Source: Candidatus Poribacteria bacterium (lineage in GTDB: Bacteria; Poribacteria; WGA-4E; PCPOR2b). Taken from it: a DNA stretch of 64,000 nucleotides. Position numbers and translations under genes: made by a program. The first letter of the stretch is position 1. Every line of letters begins with the position of its first letter. The notes beneath the pieces were generated by a model. It did not search any database, was not told where the DNA came from, and saw only the letters and a list, made by a program, of their open reading frames with translations. Positions 31,406-41,210 of this stretch are shown one piece after another. The stretch spans positions 4,416,001 to 4,480,000 of the forward strand of contig OZ244587.1 of assembly GCA_965218095.1 (NCBI GenBank). The letters are read 5' to 3'.

Positions 31406-32773
31406 TTAAGCCCGCGCCTCCTCAGGGGAAACTCGACGTTGCCCGCCAAGCTGTGTTTGATCAGGTTCGATGGTTGGTGCAGCAGCTTCCCCCGCATCAA
31501 CCATGCGTCGGATGAGACGTTCCCGCATCACCGCAGTAACCTCCTGATGCGATTCCCGACCAATGAGATTTGTCAACTCGTAAGGGTCCGCCTGTAAATC
31601 GTAGAGATACTCTTCGACGTAGTGTTCTGAGGCGGCATCTTGCCCTCCGTGTTTGTCCGGTGCAGTGACGCCGTACTTCCAACGATGTGTACGGACGGCA
31701 CGTCCCACCTGAGACTCGCTAATTTGGACAAAAACTTCTTCGGGCCAGCCTTCGGTATCTCCTTTCGTCAGTGGGAGGATTGAGCGTCCTTGCATCTCCT
31801 CGGGGACGGTTAGCCCTACTGCATCCAGAAGCGTTGGTGGCAAATCAACCAGGCTGACGAGTTCCTGGATCTGGCCCCCGCCATCAAAACCGGGCCCCTG
31901 TAAGTCCGTCGGCACACGGATGGAACTCTCGTGGCATGAGCGTTTATACTCCAAATTTCGTGTCTTGAAATGGCATCCGTGATCTGATGTGAAAAGCACG
32001 ATTGTATTCTCCAGCAGGTCGAGGCTTTTGAGTGCCTCCAATAGCCTGCCGAGTGCCTCATCAAGTCGTTTAACCATGCCGTAGTATCCAGCAATGTGCT
32101 GATGGGTTGAGCCTCCCAAAGCAGCAAGGTCTGGGGGAATCCATTTCCCCGCGTAGCGTTCACGGTAGCCGTCAGGTGGAGGGTAATCGTCAAGATGGTT
32201 TTGATGGTGCGGCTCGATGTATGAGGTGAAAAGGTAAAATGGCGGGTCTTGATGAGCATCAATGTAGCGAATCATAGCATCGGTGACGGCATCCACACGA
32301 TAGCCGGGAAGTTTGGCGGGATTACCATCGCTATCATAGAGAACGGTGTGATAGGCGTCGGAAGTGAATTCAAGGACGTTGGAAGCAAGCCAGTATTCAT
32401 AACCGCCGCGATCGGATTCGGGGACGGGCCCTGCGACGCCTCTGTTGTAGAGATGCCACTTGCCGATATACCCGGTGGTGTAACCACCTTCGCGGAAATG
32501 GTGAGCCAGAGTCTTAGCGTTCGACGACAAAGGGATGCCGTTGCGGAAACAACCTGTCCTGGTCGCGTATAGTCCGGTTTGCCAGCAAGAACGCGCGGGG
32601 CCACAAACCGGCTGACATGTGAACGAGTGGTAGATATGCGTCCCACGTCGAGCCATGCGGTCGAAATTGGGGGTTAGATCCAGCGGATTGCCGTGAACGC
32701 CGGTTGTATCCCAGCGTTGTTGATCTGTGAAAAATACGATGACATTGGGACAGTCTGCACCTGCCTTTCTCAT
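31406..32773 (-). CDS. Sulfatase
   Basis: TDQQR, CGPARS (CxPxR), GKWHL and SDHG motifs. Confidence 0.93.
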   Translation of the reverse strand: MRKAGADCPNVIVFFTDQQRWDTTGVHGNPLDLTPNFDRMARRGTHIYHSFTCQPVCGPARSCWQTGLYATRTGCFRNGIPLSSNAKTLAHHFREGGYTTGYIGKWHLYNRGVAGPVPESDRGGYEYWLASNVLEFTSDAYHTVLYDSDGNPAKLPGYRVDAVTDAMIRYIDAHQDPPFYLFTSYIEPHHQNHLDDYPPPDGYRERYAGKWIPPDLAALGGSTHQHIAGYYGMVKRLDEALGRLLEALKSLDLLENTIVLFTSDHGCHFKTRNLEYKRSCHESSIRVPTDLQGPGFDGGGQIQELVSLVDLPPTLLDAVGLTVPEEMQGRSILPLTKGDTEGWPEEVFVQISESQVGRAVRTHRWKYGVTAPDKHGGQDAASEHYVEEYLYDLQADPYELTNLIGRESHQEVTAVMRERLIRRMVDAGEAAAPTIEPDQTQLGGQRRVSPEEARA

Positions 32774-32776
32774 ATT

Positions 32777-32902
32777 CTAATACTCCTCTTGAGAGATGCC
32801 ACTGTCGTATGTCCCAAACCACATCACCCCATCAGGGGCACTATCAATGGCATAGACTTTGTTATGGGCTAATTCGTCTGCTGTGGTAAAGTTGACAAAT
32901 TG
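32777..32902 (-). pseudogene. Two-component-regulator propeller repeat fragment
   Basis: NFTTADELAHNKVYAIDSAPDGVMWFGT; truncated by MITE copy C. Confidence 0.55.
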
Positions 32903-33041
32903 TGTAGAGGTCAACATGATGATCGACATTCCGCTATGATGATCGACATTCCGCTCGGCGTGGCCCCGATAGATCGGGATTTCGCTACGCTCAAATTGAC
33001 AAATCCACGCCATAGTCGATGGATTTGCCAATCCATCTGGA
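32903..33041. mobile_element. MITE with TGT..ACA ends, copy C (one end lost, nested palindrome)
   Basis: TGTAGAGGTCAACATGATGATCGAC..GATGGATTTGCCAATCCATC; internal 20-bp tandem duplication. Confidence 0.7.
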
Positions 33042-33183
33042 GGGGCAAGGTCTGCCCGGAGCTTGGTGGGTTGATGCTGCCGAGCTCCTGATATTCGGAT
33101 ATGAATCTGACAAGACGGTGGGTCGGTGGGAAGGGAAAAAGTGAACGAGTGAGGCGTGATGTTTCACTTTGCGTACTTTTTTC

Positions 33184-34674
33184 TCAGAGAATATATTTAC
33201 TGATATCCTCATCCTTCACAATTTCGGATAATTGTCCTGTGACGTAATCCGCATCGATTTTTACCGATTCCTCCTCCAGATCCGGGGCATCGAAAGAGAG
33301 TTCATCAAAGAGTTTCTCCATGATGGTGTGCAGACGGCGCGCACCGATATCTTCTACGGCTTCATTGACCTGGAAAGCCAGGGCGGCAATTTCATCGATA
33401 GCATCCTCAGTGATGGCCACTTCGACGCCTTCCGTCTGCAACATAGCGACATACTGCTTCACCAGAGCGTTCCTCGGTTCAGTGAGAATGCGCTTGAAAT
33501 CTGCCGCATTCAAGCTTTTCAGTTCAACACGAATTGGGAAACGCCCCTGCAATTCCGGGATGAGATCCGAGGGCTTAGAGGCATGAAATGCGCCTGCCGC
33601 GATGAATAAAATGTGATCAGTGCGAACCATACCGTGCTTTGTCATCACCGTACTCCCTTCGATAATCGGTAAGATGTCGCGTTGTACACCCTCACGCGAG
33701 ACATCGGGGCCGGACTTAGATTCGCGTCCAGCAATCTTATCAATCTCATCTAGGAAAACGATGCCTGAGTCTTCCACGCGTGTGATGGCTTCGGTGATGA
33801 CTTTATCCATATCGATCAGCTTCTCCGCGTTTTCCTGCATGAGGATCTGACGGGCTTCAGCGATCGTAACGCGACGTTTCTTCTCTTGTTTCGGCAGAAT
33901 GCTCCCAAACATATCTTTCAGATTAATGTCCATTTCCTCAATGCCGCTTGGGGAAAAGATTTCAACGAAGGGAATCGTTCGGTTGCTGACACTAATCTCA
34001 ACCGGCTTATCTTCCAACTTTCCATCCCGCAGCCTTTGACGAAACTTTTCCCGTGTCCTGATGTACCTTTCTTGCTCTCGCTCGCTGATTTCCGGTTGTT
34101 CGTTGGGTTCAAGTTTCAACTCTAACGCCAACTGAGGGACCTCATCTCGATCTGTTTCCGGTCCACCCTCATCGGTAATTTCAACTTCCCCAACAGGCTC
34201 CTGCATCTTTTCCGGTCGGGGCGGCGGTATCAGGAAATCCAACAGTTGTTCTTCCGTAAGCTCTAGCGTTTTTTCCTTAACCATCTCCGTCTGTTCAGAC
34301 TTCACCATGTTGACTGCAAGGTCTGCGAGGTCTCGAATCATCGATTCAACATCACGCCCAACATAGCCGACTTCCGTGTATTTTGAGGCTTCCACTTTAA
34401 TAAATGGCGCTTCGACTAAACGCGCCAAACGCCGAGCGATTTCAGTCTTTCCAACTCCCGTTGTCCCAATCATGATGATATTTTTAGGCGCAACCTCATC
34501 CCGCATATCGTCGTCGAGCATCTGCCGACGCGCCCGGTTGCGGAGCGCAATGGCGACCGAACGTTTCGCTTCAGCCTGACCAATAATATATTTGTCAAGT
34601 TCTTCAACAATTTGTCTGGGAGTAAGTGCATCTGCTAATGTTTTCTTATTCGATAAAGACTTTGATGTTTCCAA
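33184..34674 (-). CDS. hslU: HslU ATPase subunit
   Basis: [22 protein letters not shown] and GVQRDILP motifs. Confidence 0.97.
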   Translation of the reverse strand: METSKSLSNKKTLADALTPRQIVEELDKYIIGQAEAKRSVAIALRNRARRQMLDDDMRDEVAPKNIIMIGTTGVGKTEIARRLARLVEAPFIKVEASKYTEVGYVGRDVESMIRDLADLAVNMVKSEQTEMVKEKTLELTEEQLLDFLIPPPRPEKMQEPVGEVEITDEGGPETDRDEVPQLALELKLEPNEQPEISEREQERYIRTREKFRQRLRDGKLEDKPVEISVSNRTIPFVEIFSPSGIEEMDINLKDMFGSILPKQEKKRRVTIAEARQILMQENAEKLIDMDKVITEAITRVEDSGIVFLDEIDKIAGRESKSGPDVSREGVQRDILPIIEGSTVMTKHGMVRTDHILFIAAGAFHASKPSDLIPELQGRFPIRVELKSLNAADFKRILTEPRNALVKQYVAMLQTEGVEVAITEDAIDEIAALAFQVNEAVEDIGARRLHTIMEKLFDELSFDAPDLEEESVKIDADYVTGQLSEIVKDEDISKYIL

Positions 34675-34734
34675 TATAAACCTCCGTTTCCTCCATAGTT
34701 ATTCGGTGCCAATGACGGCTATTTCAAAAAACTG

Positions 34735-35268
34735 CTAGATTCTCAGGGATTCAATTTCAATACAGTTATTGGTATACACGCAAATTTCGCTCGTCATCCG
34801 TAAAGCTTCCTTGACAATTTCCGTGGCATCCAGTGAAGAGTGTTTTAAGAGTGCTCTAGCGGCTGATAATGCGATGGGTCCGCCGGATCCAATGGCTAAT
34901 ATCCCGTCATCCGGCGAAAGCACGTCCCCGCTGCCTGAAAGGAGATATCCACTTTCGGCATCCACGGCAATCAGCAATGCCTCTGTTCGTCTCAACACGC
35001 GATCACTTCGCCAATCTCTTGCAAATTCAACCGCCGCTCTTTGAAGATTTCCGCGATACTGGTCCAATTTTTTCTCAAGATTCTCAAACAAAGCCAACGC
35101 ATCCGCGGCTGAACCGGCAAAGCCCAGCAAGATGCGGTCATTATAGGCGCGACGAATCTTCTTCGCGCCATGTTTTATCGCAGTATCCCCTAGAGTGACC
35201 TGTCCATCGCCACCGATAGCCACCTGGTTATCATGTCGTACAGCGAGAATTGTCGTCGATCTGATCAT
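34735..35268 (-). CDS. hslV: HslV protease subunit
   Basis: TTILAV..GDGQVTLG, GFAGSAADA and AIGSGG motifs. Confidence 0.97.
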   Translation of the reverse strand: MIRSTTILAVRHDNQVAIGGDGQVTLGDTAIKHGAKKIRRAYNDRILLGFAGSAADALALFENLEKKLDQYRGNLQRAAVEFARDWRSDRVLRRTEALLIAVDAESGYLLSGSGDVLSPDDGILAIGSGGPIALSAARALLKHSSLDATEIVKEALRMTSEICVYTNNCIEIESLRI

Positions 35269-35297
35269 TATGGCTCCTTCGTGAAAGGTGATACACT

Positions 35298-35972
35298 TCA
35301 ACGTGATATTCCGATGAAATGAAACAACAGAAAGCAAAAAAATTGCATAATCCCGATAAAGAGTCCACATCGGATACCTCCTACAATAATGTAGTGGCTA
35401 CGGAGATAATACGGGGAAAGCAAAAAAGTTAGGCCAAGTGCCATCGGGACGAAGACCGGAACAGAGCCGATATAAGGGAAATACGAAAGAGGTGTTGCGT
35501 TCCAGTTCCATAAACGCGCAGAGCCGAGTTGGTCGAAAAGGGTACTACCGACAAAAGCAACACCACCTGCAACCACAGCGGGAATATAAGGACGTCCCCA
35601 AATTGAGTCGAGACGCTGGTAAAGGTAGATGATTATCGTTATGGCAAGCGCCCAAGTTAGAAGCAAACTCAAAGGCACGGCGGCTATCCGAATATCATGC
35701 CGACTCAAATAAGACAGCAGGACAATACGTCGAGAGAACAACCAATCCAGTGGAATATAGGTGGTAATTGATGCAATCACGCCAAAAATCACACTACGCG
35801 ATAGAAGCGAAGACTCATCCCATTTCCGGCTCGCATAACCAAGCACACCAACCACTACTAGAACGTTCAAATAAAGTAGCCAAGTTGAACCAAGTTTGGC
35901 ATTAATCAGAAACGTCGCAAAACTCGTGACACAAGCAATAATGACAGCTTTATCGGTTTGGGTGATGGTCAT
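35298..35972 (-). CDS. Hypothetical integral membrane protein
   Basis: Six to seven hydrophobic segments; the ORF-track start at 36029 lies inside IS5. Confidence 0.7.
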   Translation of the reverse strand: MTITQTDKAVIIACVTSFATFLINAKLGSTWLLYLNVLVVVGVLGYASRKWDESSLLSRSVIFGVIASITTYIPLDWLFSRRIVLLSYLSRHDIRIAAVPLSLLLTWALAITIIIYLYQRLDSIWGRPYIPAVVAGGVAFVGSTLFDQLGSARLWNWNATPLSYFPYIGSVPVFVPMALGLTFLLSPYYLRSHYIIVGGIRCGLFIGIMQFFCFLLFHFIGISR

Positions 35973-35994
35973 TGAGAAATAATGCGTGATATTA

Positions 35995-36831
35995 GGTTCT
36001 GTTGACATTTGAGTATAAGGTTGTGGCATAATAGAAGAATGACGCCAATAACCTTACCTGATGACCAATGGAATAAGATATACCGGTTTCTTCCAAGCTG
36101 TCCCACCATCTATGTTGGCGACGAAGCTGCTACACGCCGCTTCGTCGAAGCCGTCCTGTGGGTGACTCGTAGCGGGGCTCAATGGAGACTTCTACCAGAC
36201 ACCTATGGCAAATGGAACACCCGCTACAAGCGGTTTGCTCGATGGTGCGACAAAGGTATCTTCACACAGATGCACCCCCACTTTGCCTCTGACCCCGATA
36301 TCGAGTCGCTTATTGTGGACAGTACCATCTGCCGTGCTCACCCGTCTGCGGCGGGTGCCTTAAAAAGCTGGCGCCTTAAAAAAAAGGGTGGCACTGAAAA
36401 CCAAGCATTAGGTCGCTCTCGGGGCGGTTTCAGTACAAAAATTCACATCACAGTTGACGGACTAGGCAATCCCCTAAGAATTCATCTGACCCCCGGTCAG
36501 AGACATGACATAACTGAGGCGGAAGGGTTGATAATCGGATATAACAGTGAATATGTGATTGGAGACAAGGGGTACGATTCGGACGCTTTTATCGCCGTTA
36601 TTGAGGCGAATGGAGCGATTGCGGTGATACCGCCAAAAAGTCATCGTGTTGACCAAAGAACGTATGACAAACACTTATACAAAGAGAGACATCTGGTTGA
36701 ATATTTCATCAACAAGATAAAATGGTATCGTCGTATCTTCTCTCGGTTTGAGAAGCTAGCTGTCCGTTATTTTGGATTTCTCAGCTTTGTCGCCACTCTT
36801 ACTATGGCTCCGTTGAAATGTCAACAGAACC
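35995..36831 (+). mobile_element. IS5-family element, copy 2, single fused transposase ORF (36009-36842)
   Basis: Same TIRs and TA duplication; 16-nt insertion fuses the two ORFs; the stop lies beyond the right TIR. Confidence 0.92.
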
Positions 36832-36874
36832 TAGGGCGTTAGGACTCAGAGCAACTTAAACCTGATATTGTTAA

Positions 36875-37615
36875 TTAGCGGCCCATAGCTAGTCGATCGG
36901 CATGCCATGCAGGCAGCGCTGCTTCGCGGATGTTGCGCTGTGCAGCTCGAATGTCGTAGCTGACCCGCTTAATGCAAATGATGTTTTCGTCAGTATTGAG
37001 GATTGCAAAGCTCGCCTTTGGGTTGAAATCGCGTGGCTGACCAACAGATCCAGGGTTAATGAAATACTGCTTTTCTTTTGAAAGCGTGTAGCAAAATTCA
37101 TCATCTTCTGGATAGCATTGAGAAAATTTCGATTCCGTCGAATAGATCATCGGAATATGCGTGTGTCCATAAAACGTGATCCAACTTCGACTTCGGTGCA
37201 AAATCAGCCGCGCGTCCCAATTGTTCAAGATGTAAAAATCCTCATCATTTGGGCTCCCGTGTGATATTTCAATCCCCTCGTCCAGCGTCATCGGTCCCTG
37301 AGGCATACGCTGCAGATACCCCCTGTTATCCGATCGAATCTGACGGCGCGCCCACATCGCACTAGTTCGAGCGAGGTCCTGGAAGTCGCTCCCGTCCTCA
37401 ATGCTGGCAATCACCTTATCGTGATTACCTCGAACCATGACATCGGGTTTGAGCCGCCTTAGCTGGTCGATAGCTTCATTCGGTTGGGCCCCATACCCAA
37501 CAATATCACCGAGAAAAATAATCTGATCGATATGCTCTTCAGTAACAGCCGATAAAACGGCATCAAACGCCTCAAGATTCGCATGAACATCGCTGAAAAT
37601 AAAGTATCGCATCAA
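36875..37615 (-). CDS. Metallophosphoesterase
   Basis: SDVHAN, GDIVGYG, RGNHD, GHTH and NPGSVGQPRD motifs. Confidence 0.92.
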   Translation of the reverse strand: MMRYFIFSDVHANLEAFDAVLSAVTEEHIDQIIFLGDIVGYGAQPNEAIDQLRRLKPDVMVRGNHDKVIASIEDGSDFQDLARTSAMWARRQIRSDNRGYLQRMPQGPMTLDEGIEISHGSPNDEDFYILNNWDARLILHRSRSWITFYGHTHIPMIYSTESKFSQCYPEDDEFCYTLSKEKQYFINPGSVGQPRDFNPKASFAILNTDENIICIKRVSYDIRAAQRNIREAALPAWHADRLAMGR

Positions 37616-37796
37616 GTTTTCCCGAAGATGGCTACATTATACCGTATCACCCCTAGCGCCGCAAGCCCAAAATGAGAGGATTTCATGAATAGATGAAAAT
37701 CATGGAGCAGGTTCGCTTTGTCCGAATCCCTCGGATGAGCATAGCCTGCCCCGATCTATCGGGGGACTCTCAGAACACGGCTGCGCCACAACTTTG

Positions 37797-37991
37797 CTAC
37801 GATTCTTCTTCTGATTTGCTCCGCTTTTCCAACCACTGATCTAAAAAGCGAATTTCTTCGTCAATGAAAGTGCAAATCCCTTTCAGAAATTCGATCTCTG
37901 CGTTGCGGAAGTAGTTAAAAGATTCGTCGTGACCCTTTGAGAGTTTTGTCACAACTCGATCCGTGAATCCAGTAATGAGTGAATATAACAT
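37797..37991 (-). CDS. Small helical hypothetical protein downstream of the ArsA/GET3-like gene
   Basis: 64 aa, strong RBS AGGAGGAG, amphipathic pattern. Confidence 0.6.
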   Translation of the reverse strand: MLYSLITGFTDRVVTKLSKGHDESFNYFRNAEIEFLKGICTFIDEEIRFLDQWLEKRSKSEEES

Positions 37992-38218
37992 ACGAATCTC
38001 CTCCTATCGATCTATTTAGTCAAAGGTAATCACTAGGCGGCCATCGACTAACTTCGCCTGTGTTGGATTTGCATGCGCGATGCTTCGCGGCAGGGCAATA
38101 TGCTGCTTGAACCCGCCGATCCGTACAATGAGTTCATCACCGTTCTTGGCAAGATCAATCTCTTGTTTCGTGATGAAGGGCAAGTGCATCGAAACCTGAT
38201 ACTGATCGCCATCTTTAC

Positions 38219-39329
38219 TGAGGGGTGTGCATAAATATAGTTGACATAATCAAGCCAAAAGGGTTTCCTATTGTTATCATAGCAAAAGGAGCCCCAATAT
38301 GGTACAAAGACCAATGTTGGCTGATTATGTCACTCTTATTATGCAACTCTTTGAGCAGTTTATGCAACACCGTATTGACAAACCAGGTGTCACACACGCA
38401 AAACCATTGACATATTCAACCACCTCGTTTATCATTTTCTTCATGTTGATGCAGTTTCACGGCATCTATGGCTTCAAAACGCAATGGCGGTGGCTAATCA
38501 ATCACCCAGAAGTGTTACAAATGCTGGGGTGGCAACAGCCCCCTCATCGAACCACGATTGCACGTCGCTATAAGGCATTATATGAAGTGATAGAGGCATT
38601 TGTATTGTTTATCGGTCAGTATGCCACTGACTTGTCCCAACAATTCAACTTGGCTCATCTGGTAGCCGACAAAAGTTTATTTAAGGCACGAGGACCCGTC
38701 TGGCATCAAACTGACCGCAAAGCAGGAAAAGCACCTAAACATCTACGCAACCTCGACACCGATGCCACGTGGAGCAAGAGTGGTTATCATGGCTGGGTCT
38801 ATGGCTACGGACTTCACATTATCTGCACACAAGGTGCGTTCCCAACACTGATAACTGTGCACCGTGCGTCGGTCTCCGAAAGTTGGGCGATAGATGCTAA
38901 AGCGTCTGAGATTCTGACACAACTTTCACCGCAGACACTCACTGCCGATGATGCCTATACCCAAGCAGACCGTATCCGTCGTTGGGCGAAGGCACAAGTC
39001 GCTTTGATTACCCCGGCACTTAGATGGACAAAGGGACGGTTTGCCAAGGCGTATCATCGATTTATCAACCAACCCAAGCAGCGTCTCTGTTTAAGCAAAC
39101 GTCGCAGTTCGGTTGAACCGTTGTTTGACTTGATTGCTAAAGTGATAGGCACCACTCCTCAACAGAAGCAGTTACCGGTCAAGGGGTTTTTCAATGTACG
39201 CTGTTGTTTAGCTATCGGGGTGTTATCAGTGCAAGTGGCTATGATTGCCAATGCCATATGGAAGTTACCTGCTCGCAATATCTCTCATATGGCGGCTGTT
39301 TTCCAATGAACTACTATGCACACCCCTCA
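38219..39329 (+). mobile_element. 1111-bp IS (DDE transposase, family uncertain), copy 1
   Basis: 15-bp TIR TGAGGGGTGTGCATA; TSD TCTTTAC (up to 11 bp depending on end choice). Confidence 0.92.
38299..39309 (+). CDS. DDE transposase
   Basis: 336 aa; VADKS, GYGLH, ADDAY and RSSVE motifs. Confidence 0.88.
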   Translation: MVQRPMLADYVTLIMQLFEQFMQHRIDKPGVTHAKPLTYSTTSFIIFFMLMQFHGIYGFKTQWRWLINHPEVLQMLGWQQPPHRTTIARRYKALYEVIEAFVLFIGQYATDLSQQFNLAHLVADKSLFKARGPVWHQTDRKAGKAPKHLRNLDTDATWSKSGYHGWVYGYGLHIICTQGAFPTLITVHRASVSESWAIDAKASEILTQLSPQTLTADDAYTQADRIRRWAKAQVALITPALRWTKGRFAKAYHRFINQPKQRLCLSKRRSSVEPLFDLIAKVIGTTPQQKQLPVKGFFNVRCCLAIGVLSVQVAMIANAIWKLPARNISHMAAVFQ

Positions 39330-40460
39330 TCTTTACTGAACTGATACGGTCTTTCTTCGCGAAAGATGTCGGCGGGGTCGATTCCGGCGTAAAGCACGTC
39401 TGCAAGTCTACGCAGCCCCTTTTCGCCTACAACCTCATCATCAAACAGATGCACTTTCCAGATTGGCATGTCCAAAAAGTAGTTTGCGGCTTCGTCGATA
39501 TAACGCTGTTGGGTCTGCTTCCACATTCCAAAGAAGGCAGAATCTGCAATTTCCGGGAAGATCCGGTTGATGATCACCGCATCAATGCAAAGCCCGTAAA
39601 GGCAGAAATACATAAACGCCCGCTATGTTTCTTTGATAACCATCTTCTCGGGATTGGTGACGAGACAAACGGTTGTCATTTTGGGATCGGTGAAGATCTG
39701 ATCAATTCCTTGCAGTTTGTCGTACAGATCTTGAATATTCTGGAAATAGTTGTCTTGAGGGAGCGGGACGGAACTTACGCATTCAACAACAAGGCGAGCG
39801 ACTTTCACCAAATTCCGCTCCAACTTAAAGAGCCGATTCATATACCACTCAAGGGTGGTGGGGATGCTGACAAATCGAAGAGATTCGCCCGTTGGCGCAC
39901 AATCGAGAAGAATTACATCGTAGGCTGATTGGCGAACATGCTGATTGATGTACAGCAGCGAACAGATCTCCTGCATGCCGGGGAAAATCGCGATCTCTTC
40001 CGCAACGATCTCCGCTAAACCGGATCGATTAAGAGGGAGCGGATATAGCCGCAAACATTTTCCCAATACTCGGTAATCGCCTCCTGAATATCAATCTCCT
40101 GAATCCGGAGGTTTTCGTTGATCTGTACCCGTTTCTCGTCCTCGTTGCGCATCAATTGTTTCTCTTTGTCGAATGCGTCCGACAAAGAGTGTGCGGCATC
40201 CAGCGAGAGCACAATGGTTTTGTATCCGAGCTCCGCGAGCTTCAGACCTGTTGCCGCAGCGATGCTTGTTTTGTCGACGCCGCCTTTGCCAGTGTAGAGG
40301 ATAATACGCATCGTTCTTGCCTTCGATTTAATCGCACGCGCAATGCTACCTTTATATGTTTCAAATCCTGTCTCTTCCTGTCTCTCTCAAACCAGATTGA
40401 TTATAACAGAGATTCAGATCCTGCGCAAGCGAAATACAAAGATGATAGAAATTTACAACA

Positions 40461-40558
40461 GGATGATTTACCTCCGCTCGGCGTGGATTGGCAAATCCAC
40501 GCCCCGATGGATTTGCCAATTCATCGGGAGCAGTGTCAACTATCTTCCTGACCTTACA
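40461..40558. mobile_element. MITE with TGT..ACA ends, copy D
   Basis: Ends TGACCTTACA; direct repeat GAAATTTACAACA at 40448-40460 and 40559-40571. Confidence 0.75.
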
Positions 40559-40563
40559 GAAAT

Positions 40564-41172
40564 TTACAACAATGATACTCCAGCAATCAACGCGACCACA
40601 CATACAATTGCCGTTAGCGTCCGCTTTTCATTTCTGAATGCGCGAGACAGGGAAAAATCGTGTGGGGAGGGATTCTCGTAGCTGCGAAATCGGGGAAGGA
40701 ATCTGGAGACAGCCGAATAGTAGGTTTGATATGCCGACCCGAAAGATTCGCGCAGGTATGCTTCCTCGGAGGCGATAATTAGCAGGTATTGAACAAAATA
40801 TCCCACGAGTAACACAATGATCATCCAGTAAACGTTGGCAATAACACAGACACCGACACTGAGTAGCAGGTTTCCCAGGTAGAGTGGATTTCGGACATGG
40901 GCGTAGGGGCCCGTCGTCACAAGATCACGGGCGGCTCCCAGGGTCCGTGAGCGAGTCGCGCCACCAGCATAACCAACCGCCCACAAACGTAGGAACTCAC
41001 CGAGAATCAAAAGACCCGTACCAATCAGCGCGGAAATGAAAGTGGGATGGGCAAAATAGATTAAGATTAATATGAACGGGATGGATGTGAGGCTGCGCAG
41101 CCGAAAGAGCAGACGACCAATCATAGGCATGAAACGTGATAGATCTGGCCATCCTGAACAACTTCTGAACAT
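40564..41172 (-). CDS. Isoprenylcysteine carboxyl methyltransferase / PEMT family membrane protein
   Basis: LRLWAVG, LVTTGPYAHVRNPLYLG and EEAYL..FG motifs. Confidence 0.85.
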   Translation of the reverse strand: MFRSCSGWPDLSRFMPMIGRLLFRLRSLTSIPFILILIYFAHPTFISALIGTGLLILGEFLRLWAVGYAGGATRSRTLGAARDLVTTGPYAHVRNPLYLGNLLLSVGVCVIANVYWMIIVLLVGYFVQYLLIIASEEAYLRESFGSAYQTYYSAVSRFLPRFRSYENPSPHDFSLSRAFRNEKRTLTAIVCVVALIAGVSLL

Positions 41173-41210
41173 CTTGTTCCTTCACTCCCCTGCCCGCTTG
41201 CCCCCTTGGC

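Larger units (their letters stand above)
38016..40311 (-). pseudogene. ArsA/GET3-family ATPase with HSP20-like C-terminus, IS-interrupted and frameshifted
   Basis: GKGGVDKTS (altered P-loop), DAAHSLSD, DCAPTGE and NPEKMV motifs; C-terminal DELIVRIG resumes after the IS. Confidence 0.88.
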
